A stretch of 64,000 nucleotides of DNA from assembly GCA_021740045.1 (NCBI GenBank), contig JAIPAP010000004.1, positions 251 through 64,250 on the forward strand, written 5' to 3'. The position numbers and the translations under genes were made by a program. Positions 19,065 to 29,100 of the stretch are shown here, piece by piece (the stretch's first letter is position 1; each line of letters opens with the position of its first letter). The notes beneath the pieces were generated by a model. The model was given only the letters and a program-made list of their open reading frames with translations, was not told the origin of the DNA and did not search any database. This DNA comes from Bacteroidales bacterium. Its GTDB lineage: Bacteria > Bacteroidota > Bacteroidia > Bacteroidales > JAIPAP01.

Positions 19065-21194
19065 TTACTCGATTACTACTTTTTTGGTTATTACTTTATT
19101 GGTGCTTTGGATTTCGATAATGTATATACCTGCATCCAGGTGAGAAACATCCAGCTTATACTGGGAATCCTTTACAGAACTCGCCAATATTAGCTGTCCA
19201 ACATTATTCAACAGACGTACTGAATTGATTTTCGACCGGGAACTTACAATTAAAGCTTCGGTAGCAGGAACCGGAAAAATATTCAAGTCATCTCTTTTCC
19301 GCTCTTTCATTCCAGGAGCCACAACCATTACCACATTTGAAGGCCCTGATTCACCACAGCTATACACGGCAGTTACATAATACTCGTATGTTCCTGCCTC
19401 CAGATCGTAATCGGTGTAGGTAGTTTCGATAATTAGCGTCTCATTGATAATTTCGTTGTTGCGATATACATTGTAGCCCAGTTCTTCCTTTTTTGGCGGG
19501 GGTGTCCAGGAAAGGACGGCATTATTTTCTTCCATGCTAACCTCCAGGCTATCCGGTGGCGGTAGATAATTGTCAAGCCATTTTTTCATGGCAGTGATGG
19601 TGTTCATGGTATAATTGTGTTGCAAAACAGCCAGGCCGGGCTCATCATCGCGTTGATAAATAAGGTGCAGCTTGTTATCGGCACTTGATGAAGCTATGGA
19701 GGGATAAACACATTCATCAAAGGTATGCACGGGATTTTCGGTCAGCCATACGAAATCACCAGTAGGCCAAATGCTTCCATTATATGAATGAGTATAAAAC
19801 AGATGCCGGTAATTACGGCCGGAAGTTGAAAAGACTTCGCAAACGGCGGAAAAGACAACATGGATCACATCATTATCATCGATCATCATCTGCGGCATGC
19901 TGGAGGCACCCAGGTTATACAATCCAATGCAATCGGGCATGTTGCAAACCAGGTCTTCCACCCATACGCCGTTTTCATTGAGGTCGGGTACCCAACCGAT
20001 CAGGTTATCACCTTCCTGTAGCTCGGAATCAGGATCATCATAGGGATTGAGGGCATCCAGGTTATCGCCACCGGCGTTAAACTCTTCATCATCCTCATTC
20101 CAGTAAGCCAGGCCGTCAACAAACGGGAACCATGATGTCTCCTCACCATCAGAACAGGCGCGATTGATCCCAAATACCACATGCACTTTGCCCCCGGAAT
20201 CGAAAGCACCATGAACTGCGCCATCATTGCAGTAAAAGGTATCGGTTGCAGTGGGATTTTCCAAGTCGAACATGGGATAAGGGTGATTCCAAATCACGCT
20301 TTGATTCCATGTACTGCCGTTGTCAGTGGATTTCAGCAAAACCAGGTCAGTCCAGTCATCCCCCACCAGGAAAGCTATGTTGTCGTCCTGTGGCTCCAAC
20401 CAGCAATAGGTATCTTCACGAAAACCTGTATAAAAATCTGCTCCAAGCCCTTGTACAATTTGGTCTTTGATCTCCCATGTTTCACCGCCATCCGTGGAGC
20501 AGGAATACAATAAAGCGCCGTCCAGTCCTTGATAATGTGAACCGCCATTGGTAACAGGGCGTGTAAGATAAATGAGATGAATAATTTCATGGTTGGTTCC
20601 TGAAGTGATCAAGCGCGGCCATAACACATCCTCATGACCCTCGGGGCCCTGGAACAGACTTTCCTCCCATTCACCGGTCCCCTTTTGCTCCCGCTTATTG
20701 ATCATCAATCCCACATTCTCATTGCCGGTTAAATGAGCACAAACAATTTCACCCTCCGCTCCCCAGGGTGCATAGGATGGCCAGCCGGCTCTCTCACTTT
20801 CGATTCTACCGCCTGGAAAAGAATTCCAATTATCTCCATCGAAGGAATTATAGCCGGAGCCTCTATCGGGAAACATGGGTTGATCCATGCCATAATTCCA
20901 CACGGCCGCTTCAAAATTATCAGGATAAACCACATAGCGATTTTGCATGCTATGATTGGTTTGCAGATCGTACATGGTTTCACCAATATCCGTTTCCTCG
21001 GGCGTATTCAGGGGTATAGTCTTTGAGTCTTTTGTTCCGATAAGATGGGTGCTGTGATCGGCCTGGATCAGCTTATTCACGGGCAGTGCCATATTGCAGT
21101 ATTTTTCCGGAAGCTGTATTCTTGTACTTTGTCCGAATAATGAAAGGCTTATACTGCCCAGGATCAAAGCGATAAAATAGGAAATGCGTTTCAT
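19065..21194 (-). CDS. Secreted BNR/Asp-box propeller protein, FN3-like domain, T9SS C-terminal domain (paralog 1 of 3)
   Basis: 709 aa with signal peptide MKRISYFIALILGSISLSLFGQ and Asp-boxes STDGGETW and STDNGSTW. FN3-like GYNVYRNNEII...YEYYVTAVYSCGESGPS is present, and the CTD is IFPVPATEALIV...GIYIIEIQSTNKVITKKVVIE. Confidence 0.85.
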   Translation of the reverse strand: MKRISYFIALILGSISLSLFGQSTRIQLPEKYCNMALPVNKLIQADHSTHLIGTKDSKTIPLNTPEETDIGETMYDLQTNHSMQNRYVVYPDNFEAAVWNYGMDQPMFPDRGSGYNSFDGDNWNSFPGGRIESERAGWPSYAPWGAEGEIVCAHLTGNENVGLMINKREQKGTGEWEESLFQGPEGHEDVLWPRLITSGTNHEIIHLIYLTRPVTNGGSHYQGLDGALLYSCSTDGGETWEIKDQIVQGLGADFYTGFREDTYCWLEPQDDNIAFLVGDDWTDLVLLKSTDNGSTWNQSVIWNHPYPMFDLENPTATDTFYCNDGAVHGAFDSGGKVHVVFGINRACSDGEETSWFPFVDGLAYWNEDDEEFNAGGDNLDALNPYDDPDSELQEGDNLIGWVPDLNENGVWVEDLVCNMPDCIGLYNLGASSMPQMMIDDNDVIHVVFSAVCEVFSTSGRNYRHLFYTHSYNGSIWPTGDFVWLTENPVHTFDECVYPSIASSSADNKLHLIYQRDDEPGLAVLQHNYTMNTITAMKKWLDNYLPPPDSLEVSMEENNAVLSWTPPPKKEELGYNVYRNNEIINETLIIETTYTDYDLEAGTYEYYVTAVYSCGESGPSNVVMVVAPGMKERKRDDLNIFPVPATEALIVSSRSKINSVRLLNNVGQLILASSVKDSQYKLDVSHLDAGIYIIEIQSTNKVITKKVVIE

Positions 21195-21252
21195 AGGTTA
21201 TGATTTTACATATTAAAAACCCAAATTGAGCTATTCTCACTCACGATAAAGA

Positions 21253-21287
21253 AACCTGCCAGGAAAATAAATTTTTCCCGGCAGGTT
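21253..21287 (-). terminator. Putative terminator after the 1609-aa gene
   Basis: Minus-strand reading is AACCTGCCGGG-(loop)-CCTGGCAGGTT followed by TCTTTAT. Confidence 0.5.
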
Positions 21288-21299
21288 AATAATTCGGTA

Positions 21300-24200
21300 T
21301 TATTCAATCAGTAATTTTTCTTTTTTGATTTTATCCCTCATTTCAATTTCCAAAATATATAAGCCGCTCTCTATTCCCGACACATCAAGTTTGGTGTGAA
21401 TATCAAAAATTGATTTTATCAGGATTACTTGTCCCAGGCTATTCATTAATCGAACTTTCCTGATTTGATTAGATGCTTTAATGCCAATGTAATCTACAGC
21501 CGGGTTGGGATATATGGAGAAGCTATGCTCTTCCAATCCCACAGCATTCTTATGGATTTTGGCAATGCTATAAACACCATCTCCTTTAGGATATGTATTA
21601 ACAGACCGGGATTCCCAGGCACCCGATAATTCATAATTCAAATCCGAAAAACCATTTTCGGTCATGACTTTTAAGGAAAGCTGATTACCGGAATTATAAC
21701 CTTTACCCGTTGTGAGCGTATTGAAGGCAGCCAGCTCATTATCCTGCCAATTTTCAGAAACGATCTTTACAGCTCCCACCATTTTATCATCATCAAAAGC
21801 GGCAATTTCATCACCGGTTTCAATGCCATTGCCGGGTTGGAGATATATGCTGTAAACCGGGTCGGCAGGATTTCCGCCCTGAAAACTGATATGTTTAGGA
21901 TAGGTTTTTACCTTACTTGATTTAACGGGTGAAAGATTATAGATCAATTCATCGGCAACAAACATTTTTGCCAGGTAACCTTCTCCGGGAATCATATTTC
22001 CGATGTTATTAATCCAGTTCGGTCCTACTTTTCTTAACATAGCTCCTTCTGAATCGCGCATAAAATCCAGGTTATTCAGAATACCATCCACAGCTGCCTG
22101 GGCATCAATGGGGTATCCCGGTAAGTAGCTGATCATTTGATATCCCTGGGACATGGTAATTGGTGTTTCAGGATCTACCTCAAGGCCTTCTATAGATAGA
22201 TCATTGCTGGCATTATACATACGATAAAGATACCCTTCGGTAGGTACCCAGTCACCGATATTATTGATCCAGTTCGGACCAATTTTCTTCAGCATTGCTC
22301 CCTGGGTATTGCGCACAAAATCCAGCTCTTCAAGAATAGGTTGGTTGACTGTTAACATATCCGGTTCAAAAGCTTCCACCCGGGAAGAAACAAACTGGAA
22401 TCCAACATCCAGTGAATAATTCTGGGTCATAGAGCTAAAGAATTCCAAGTCTACTATGCTGTATTCTCCGTCATCCTCCGGGAAATAGGATTCAGTCCAG
22501 GCATCGCCATAGGGATTGGAAAAGGAGACCTCGAAGGCTGACGATTCAATTTCTTCACTGGCATCCCAGCATTTAAGCGTAATCGGGTTGCCGGGAACGT
22601 ATCCATCGCCATTAGTAAGCGTACTAAAAGCCGTTAAGAAATGATCGAACTGGTCTTCGGGAGTCAGCACTTCATCAAGTTGGAAAGCTCCAACCAAAGT
22701 TTCGCCATCAAAGATTGCGATCTCATCTCCGGCCTGGAGGTTCATACCTTCCATTATGCCTGTAGCAAGATACAAGGTCCAAACTGGGTCGGCTGGATTA
22801 CCGCCCGGAAAATCAAAATGCGGTGCACCGGCTTCTATAGTGGCCTCGACTGTATTTGAAGGGCCTGATTCACCTTCATCATAAATAGCTGTAACATAAT
22901 ACTCAAAAGTTCCCGGAGGCAAGCTTTCATCAGTATAATTTGTTTCGGTTACTACGGATTCATTGATCATGGAGCCGTCACGATAAACATTATAGCCTTG
23001 TAATGTCCTGTTGCCATCAAAAATGTTTTGTTCCAGACTTACCGGATTATTCTTTTTCACTTTCAAGTCAATGCTTGCATTTGTATAAGTTTTTTCCTCA
23101 ATAGGCTGCATAGAAGTTATCGGATAGCCATCCATCTCAACTAAACCTCCCTGTATATTCCAGTTGTAATCCAGGCCGTACTCATTCGACATAGATACCC
23201 ATGAACTTCCAAGCTTGATCATATCACCGTAACCGGCTACAGCTGGTCCTTGGTCACATCCGCCGGGATAATCACCGGCATCATAATCGATGGCGGCATA
23301 CCCGAACCATAATTCCTGGCTGGCATCTATTGTGATTAACTGATCCAGTAATATTTCGTTCCAGGCTTCAATTTCCGGGTTTTCGACCATTTGTTCATGA
23401 ATTAGATTGGAAGCGTTTTCACCGGTCCAAACTTTCAGTTTATAATCGGCAGTATAGCCCAAGGGAAAGAACCGAATTTTGGCAATGGCCATGCCGTCGT
23501 ATGCCTGCAATTGTTCCATATCGAAGCGAATAGCATAATTTGTGGTACCACCGCTAGTAGCCCCAATGGAATTATAATTGGTTCCATCATCATAGTGTAT
23601 CCACTCAGAAACTTCTCCCGGTTCACTCCAGGTAAGCTCCACATCAGTATCAATTACGGTAGCTTCCAGGTTAGCCGGTGGTAGCAGAAGTGGTGCCTGA
23701 ATTGTTACTTCAACTTCTTCGGCCGGTGATTCGCCTTCGTCATAAACGGCGGTTACACCATAAGTAGAGGTACCTGCCGGAACGCCCATATCTTCATAGT
23801 AAAGATCTTCGATAAGGGCATCATTCAGCTTATCACCGTCACGGTATGCGTTATATCCCTGTAGCTCGGCCATCGGGCTATAAGTTGACTGGCTGGTTTC
23901 GGTTTCAACAGCGGTTAAGTCTTCGCTTTCATTGTTGAATTCGGTATTGGAAACTTTATTCAGTGCAACCGGCTCACCGTCGGCTTGCTCAACATAAGCC
24001 TGAACGTTCCAGTTATAATCGAGACCATACTCGGTTGACATGGATACCCATGAACTACCTGTATTCAGCATATCACCATAACCTGCTACGGCAGGTCCGC
24101 TATCGGTACCACCCGGAAAGTCACCGGCATCGTGTTCGATAACTTCATAACCTACCCAGAGTTCCTTCGTAACATCCAAAGCAACCGGGCTATCCAGTGT

Positions 24201-26129
24201 TACTTCATTCCAGGCTTCGATTTCCAGTCCGGTGAGGTCTTGTTCATATACAAGGGTGCCGGCATTGGGGCCTTTTTGTATCTTCAGCTTGTAATCACAG
24301 GTAAAACCTGCCGGGAAGATCTTCACCTTGGTGATGCTAAAGCCGTCGAAATCCATAATATGGCTCGGATCCCACTTAGCAGCCAATTCAAAACTACCAC
24401 CACTGGTTAAGCCGATGGTGTTACCGTTTGTACCGTCGTCCCAGTGAATCCATTGTGGGTCTACACCGGGAGTTTCCCAGGTAAGCATAACGGTATTGTT
24501 GTCAACCTCAGCCTGGAGGTTGTTTACAGGATCAAGGTCACCACTTTCAATAAATACCTCAACCGGTCCGGCTGGTGAGGATTCACCTTCATCATAAACG
24601 GCGCTAACTGTGTAAGAATATACACCCGGATCCAGCTCGAGGTCATCGAACATGGTTTCTTCAATCGGGGTATTATTCAGCAACTCATTGTTACGATATA
24701 CATTGTAACCAATCAATTCACGGCCGCCCAGTGTATTCTGAACAGGTTTTTGGTTGTTGGTAGACAGGGAATGTGTTCTTTCTGTTTTGTTATCGGGGTT
24801 GGTATTCAGAACTTTTTCATAACCACCAGGTCCAACTTCAGCAAGGGTACCATCGGTATATTGAACGATGGCACGGATCAGATATGCCTCATTCCACTGT
24901 GACCATGAACTGTTGTTATCAAAGTCCCAGCTACGGCCATTGTTAAGGTTCCAATCATATCCAAGATAAGTTGTACCGTTAATGGAACCGAATCCAACCA
25001 CAAAATCACCGTCGAAAGTGATGTTTTCACCTGATACATCAAATTCCACCCAATCATCATCAATAGCTGTTTCGGTACCGGAATAAATAAGATTGGTTCC
25101 GGGTTGTGAGCCTTCCCATTCATACACGTTGGTATTAAAGGTGTTGTCGCCGTCTTCAATTGTAGTATAATACTTGAGAGTAAGAACCTGGCAGGGACCG
25201 GCCGGTGACATATGTGTAGCCATGGTATAGCCTTCATAACTGTATGAACCGGTGGCTGTTCCATTATCATAGATCAGCTCTTCGGTTTCACCGCCACCAC
25301 TGGGAGCATCCCAGTCGAGGTGGACATCCATACCTTCAACTGTAGCAGTAAGGTTTTGTGGAGGTTCTAATGGATTAACTTCAAGTTGTTGGTAGGTTAC
25401 ATTATCAAAATAAAAATTGGGAGAATCACCACCGGGAGCATGGGCAAAAATATCCATCGCACCCAATTGATTCAAACCCGGATCACCTGTGTCTGTTAAA
25501 CTCCATTGCCATTCATGTACTTTAACATCATTTACAAAGTAAGTTGCACTGTCCAACTCAAGATTCACAATGGTTTTTACGGGGAACCAGGCTCCGGTAG
25601 GATAGGTAAAAGTCGCCGCATTTGAACCGCCGGCATTGATATACCCACTACCGTCGGAAGCAAAGAAGGCTTCCATACCCCATTCTGAATCAGGTCCATC
25701 AAACTTATGCAATAGATTATAATAAGCTCCATGATTCGCAGAAACATACATATACAATTCAACTGCATATTTACCTGAGATTTTATCTCCTAACGGTAAA
25801 ACCAGATCTGTAGAAGATCCTTCTTCGACTTTGACTGATTTTGTACCGCTGTATGCTTCTTCATTCACAATAGGTGCATCCTCCGATCCACCGGGTTGTC
25901 CGCTCCAGGTAGTCCATTCCTCCGACACTTCTGCAAGCATATCTCCAACATTGAATGCTTCAAAATCATCCTCATAAATAGGAGTTTGATAACCACTATT
26001 AATCAGATCGCCTTGATATACCATTATATCATCGACGTTGTTCGATTTGGAGTTTACTTCATTCCAATTTTCCTGCGCTATAAGAGAAGAGCACAAAAAA
26101 CTCAATGCTATTAATACAATACTTTTCAT
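21300..26129 (-). CDS. Giant secreted T9SS cargo protein: LamG/concanavalin-like N-domain, three (jelly-roll-like + FN3) units, X-Y-Y-X cassette, T9SS CTD
   Basis: 1609 aa with signal peptide MKSIVLIALSFLCSSLIAQ. Internal repeats occupy aa 531-813 and 814-1103, with a more divergent copy upstream. The C-terminal 506 aa are colinear with the 1139-aa paralog. The CTD is SIYPNPAVDYIGI...GLYILEIEMRDKIKKEKLLIE. Confidence 0.9.
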   Translation of the reverse strand: MKSIVLIALSFLCSSLIAQENWNEVNSKSNNVDDIMVYQGDLINSGYQTPIYEDDFEAFNVGDMLAEVSEEWTTWSGQPGGSEDAPIVNEEAYSGTKSVKVEEGSSTDLVLPLGDKISGKYAVELYMYVSANHGAYYNLLHKFDGPDSEWGMEAFFASDGSGYINAGGSNAATFTYPTGAWFPVKTIVNLELDSATYFVNDVKVHEWQWSLTDTGDPGLNQLGAMDIFAHAPGGDSPNFYFDNVTYQQLEVNPLEPPQNLTATVEGMDVHLDWDAPSGGGETEELIYDNGTATGSYSYEGYTMATHMSPAGPCQVLTLKYYTTIEDGDNTFNTNVYEWEGSQPGTNLIYSGTETAIDDDWVEFDVSGENITFDGDFVVGFGSINGTTYLGYDWNLNNGRSWDFDNNSSWSQWNEAYLIRAIVQYTDGTLAEVGPGGYEKVLNTNPDNKTERTHSLSTNNQKPVQNTLGGRELIGYNVYRNNELLNNTPIEETMFDDLELDPGVYSYTVSAVYDEGESSPAGPVEVFIESGDLDPVNNLQAEVDNNTVMLTWETPGVDPQWIHWDDGTNGNTIGLTSGGSFELAAKWDPSHIMDFDGFSITKVKIFPAGFTCDYKLKIQKGPNAGTLVYEQDLTGLEIEAWNEVTLDSPVALDVTKELWVGYEVIEHDAGDFPGGTDSGPAVAGYGDMLNTGSSWVSMSTEYGLDYNWNVQAYVEQADGEPVALNKVSNTEFNNESEDLTAVETETSQSTYSPMAELQGYNAYRDGDKLNDALIEDLYYEDMGVPAGTSTYGVTAVYDEGESPAEEVEVTIQAPLLLPPANLEATVIDTDVELTWSEPGEVSEWIHYDDGTNYNSIGATSGGTTNYAIRFDMEQLQAYDGMAIAKIRFFPLGYTADYKLKVWTGENASNLIHEQMVENPEIEAWNEILLDQLITIDASQELWFGYAAIDYDAGDYPGGCDQGPAVAGYGDMIKLGSSWVSMSNEYGLDYNWNIQGGLVEMDGYPITSMQPIEEKTYTNASIDLKVKKNNPVSLEQNIFDGNRTLQGYNVYRDGSMINESVVTETNYTDESLPPGTFEYYVTAIYDEGESGPSNTVEATIEAGAPHFDFPGGNPADPVWTLYLATGIMEGMNLQAGDEIAIFDGETLVGAFQLDEVLTPEDQFDHFLTAFSTLTNGDGYVPGNPITLKCWDASEEIESSAFEVSFSNPYGDAWTESYFPEDDGEYSIVDLEFFSSMTQNYSLDVGFQFVSSRVEAFEPDMLTVNQPILEELDFVRNTQGAMLKKIGPNWINNIGDWVPTEGYLYRMYNASNDLSIEGLEVDPETPITMSQGYQMISYLPGYPIDAQAAVDGILNNLDFMRDSEGAMLRKVGPNWINNIGNMIPGEGYLAKMFVADELIYNLSPVKSSKVKTYPKHISFQGGNPADPVYSIYLQPGNGIETGDEIAAFDDDKMVGAVKIVSENWQDNELAAFNTLTTGKGYNSGNQLSLKVMTENGFSDLNYELSGAWESRSVNTYPKGDGVYSIAKIHKNAVGLEEHSFSIYPNPAVDYIGIKASNQIRKVRLMNSLGQVILIKSIFDIHTKLDVSGIESGLYILEIEMRDKIKKEKLLIE
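21549..21716. repeat. 168-nt tract nearly identical to 26438-26605 (copy A)
   Basis: Hand alignment finds 2 mismatches in 168 nt, while flanking paralogous sequence is visibly much more diverged. Confidence 0.85.
22821..24539. repeat. In-frame tandem duplication inside the 1609-aa gene (units 23691-24539 and 22821-23690)
   Basis: The units encode 283 aa and 290 aa and are colinear: LTWExPG..W IHxDDGTN...DYKLK...EIEAWNE...GPAVAGYGDM...SSWVSMSxEYGLDYNWN...QGYNxYRDG...VTAxYDEGES. Confidence 0.85.
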
Positions 26130-26185
26130 AATATAAAAATTTGGTTAGTCAGTTGGTTATTTATTTGAGTTGTTTTTGTATCTAA

Positions 26186-29100
26186 TTATTTGATTACAAT
26201 TTTCTTAGTCAGCAACTTATCCACTAATTCAATTTCCAGTATGTATATTCCAGAGTTCAGGTTTGATATATCCAATTTGATTTGATGATCAAATATTGAC
26301 TTCTGGATTATATCCTGTCCGAAGCTATTCATCAGGCGAAGTTGTATAATATCTTCTTGTGAAGCTATATTAAGATAATTCTTTGCTGGAATTGGGTATA
26401 CGGAAATCCCAAATATATCTTCCATACCGACATTCATCTTATGGATTTTGGCAATGCTATAAGCACCATCTCCTTTAGGGTATGTATTAACAGACCGGGA
26501 TTCCCAGGCACCCGATAATTCATAATTCAAATCCGAAAAACCATTTTCGGTCATGACTTTTAAGGAAAGCTGATTACCGGAATTATAACCTTTACCCGTT
26601 GTGAGTGTGCTAAAGGTTGCCAATTCATTATCCTGCCAGTTTCCGGAGGTGATCTTTACTGCACCAACCAGTTTATCTCCATCAAAGGCCGCAATTTCAT
26701 CTCCTAACTCAATTCCATTTTCCGGTTCCAGGTAAATGCTGTAAACCGGATCGGCAGGATTTCCACCCTGGAAATCGATATTGTTAGGATAAGCTTTTAC
26801 TTTATGGGATTTAACCGGTGAAAGGTTATAGATCAATTCATCGTCAGCATTCATGCGCATCAGGTAACCCTCACCGGGCATCAAGTTTCCAATATTATTA
26901 ATCCAATTAGGACCGATTTTTCGAAGCATAGATCCCTCAGTATTGCGCATGAAATCCAGGTTATCCAAAATACTCTCCACAGCTACCAAAGCATCTACAG
27001 GGTAATCGGCCATATAGCTGATTATCTGGAAACCCTGAGCCAGTTCAATGGGTGTAACCGGGTCAATGGCCAATCCTTCGATGGCAAGGGCGTTACTGGG
27101 ATTGTTCATCCTATAAAGGTAACCCTCCGTTGTGACCCAATCGCCGATGTTGTTAATCCAGTTAGGACCGATCTTACGCAGCATGGAACCTTCAGTATTT
27201 CTGATAAAATCAAGGTCTTCCAATATCTCAGAGTTTACATCCAGCATATTGGGTTCAAATGGTTCTATATAGGACGATACAAACTGGAAGCCCTCGTTAA
27301 GTGAATAAGTTTGAATAACAGAAGTATTGAATTCCAGGTCTACGATACTGAATTCACCGTCATTTTCGGGGAAGTAGGGTTCGGTCCATGCGTCACCATA
27401 AGGATCGGAGAAGCTTACCTCAAAGGAACCGGATTCTTCCTGCTCACTGGCATCCCAACATTTGAGGGTAATGGGATTACCGGGATCATAGCCATTTCCA
27501 TAGGTAAGGGTGCTGAAGGCGGTTAAGAAATGCTCGAATTGATCTTCAGGGGTTAATACCTCATCCAGCACATAGGCTCCCACCAAAGTATCTCCGTCAA
27601 AAATGGCGATTTCGTCGTTGGGCTGCAAACTGAGTTCATCTAGGGTTGCCGTGGATAAATACAAAGTCCAGACCGGATCGAGTGGGTTGCCGCCTTCAAA
27701 ATCAAAGTGGATAGGAAACTGTATGGTAACCTCTATGGTTTCTTGTCCCGATTCTCCCACATTATAAACAGCCGTAACGCCGTATAAATAAGTTCCTACT
27801 TCCAGGTTATCATCAATATAATACTCCTCACTTACAGGCTCTTCATTAAGCTTTTCATTATCTCTATATACATTATATCCCAACAGGTTTTCTTCAATAG
27901 GAGACTCCCATGTAAGTGATACTTCATCACCCGTCACTTCAGCCTGCAGGTTTTGTGGTGGGGTAAGATAAAAAGGTAAGCTTTTCTCAAGTGCTGTGAT
28001 GGTATTCAAGGTATAAGGATCCAAATCTCCCTTAACTGCTAACCCCGGTTCAGAGTCCCGCTGATAAATTAAATGAATTTTATTACCTTCTACATAAGGA
28101 GAGACTGAAGGAAATACACACTCATCAAAGGTATGCACCGGATTCTCAGTAATCCATTCTATATCATCTGTAGGCCATGTGTTTCCGTTATTCTCAGAAC
28201 TTGTATAAAAAAGCTGCCTGTAATTTTGACTATTATTATCCCGCACCTCGCAAACAGCAGAAAAGAAAACATGAATAACATTGAAGTTATCAATCACCAG
28301 TTGAGGCATACTGGAAGCGCCTATATAATAGGCACCGATACAATCTCCATAAATACAAACCAGATCTTCAACCCATGTACCGTTGCCGTTTATATCAGGT
28401 ACCCAACCAATCAAATTATCACCGATTTCAAGTTGTGAGCCGGGATCATCAAAAGGGCTTAAGGCATTCAGGTTATCCCCCTCTGAATTAAATTGTTCGT
28501 CATTCTCATTCCAATATGCCAGGCCATCGATAAAGGGGAACCAATAGGTTCCATATGAAGTACCGTCTGAATAAGTTCGAGTTATACCAAAGGTAACATG
28601 AACTTCTCCATTAGAATCAAAAGCTCCGTGAAATGCCCCGTCATTGCAATAAAAAGTATCTGTTTGAATTGGGTTATTGAGATCAAACATGGGATAAGGA
28701 TGATTCCAGATTACTGTTTTTTCCCAGGTCAGTCCGCCATCATTTGATTTCATCAAAATAAAATCCGTCCATTCATTTCCCAGCAAAAAAGCAATATTAT
28801 CACCTTCCGAATCAATCCAAGTATAGGTATCACCGCTGAAACCGGTGTAATAATCAGCGCTAATTCCTTCAAGTAACCTGTGTTCATCTTCCCAGGTTTG
28901 TCCTCCATCAATTGAACGATAATACAGTAAAGCACCGTTGAGGCCTTGATAAGGCGATCCCATGTTTTCAACAGGAGGAGTTAGTGCGAGGATGTGAATT
29001 GCTTGATTATTCTCACCTGCTGTAATCATTCTCGGCCATAAAAGATCTTCATGATCCTCAGGACCTGGAAGAAATGTTTCATTCCATGTTCCGGTGCCTT

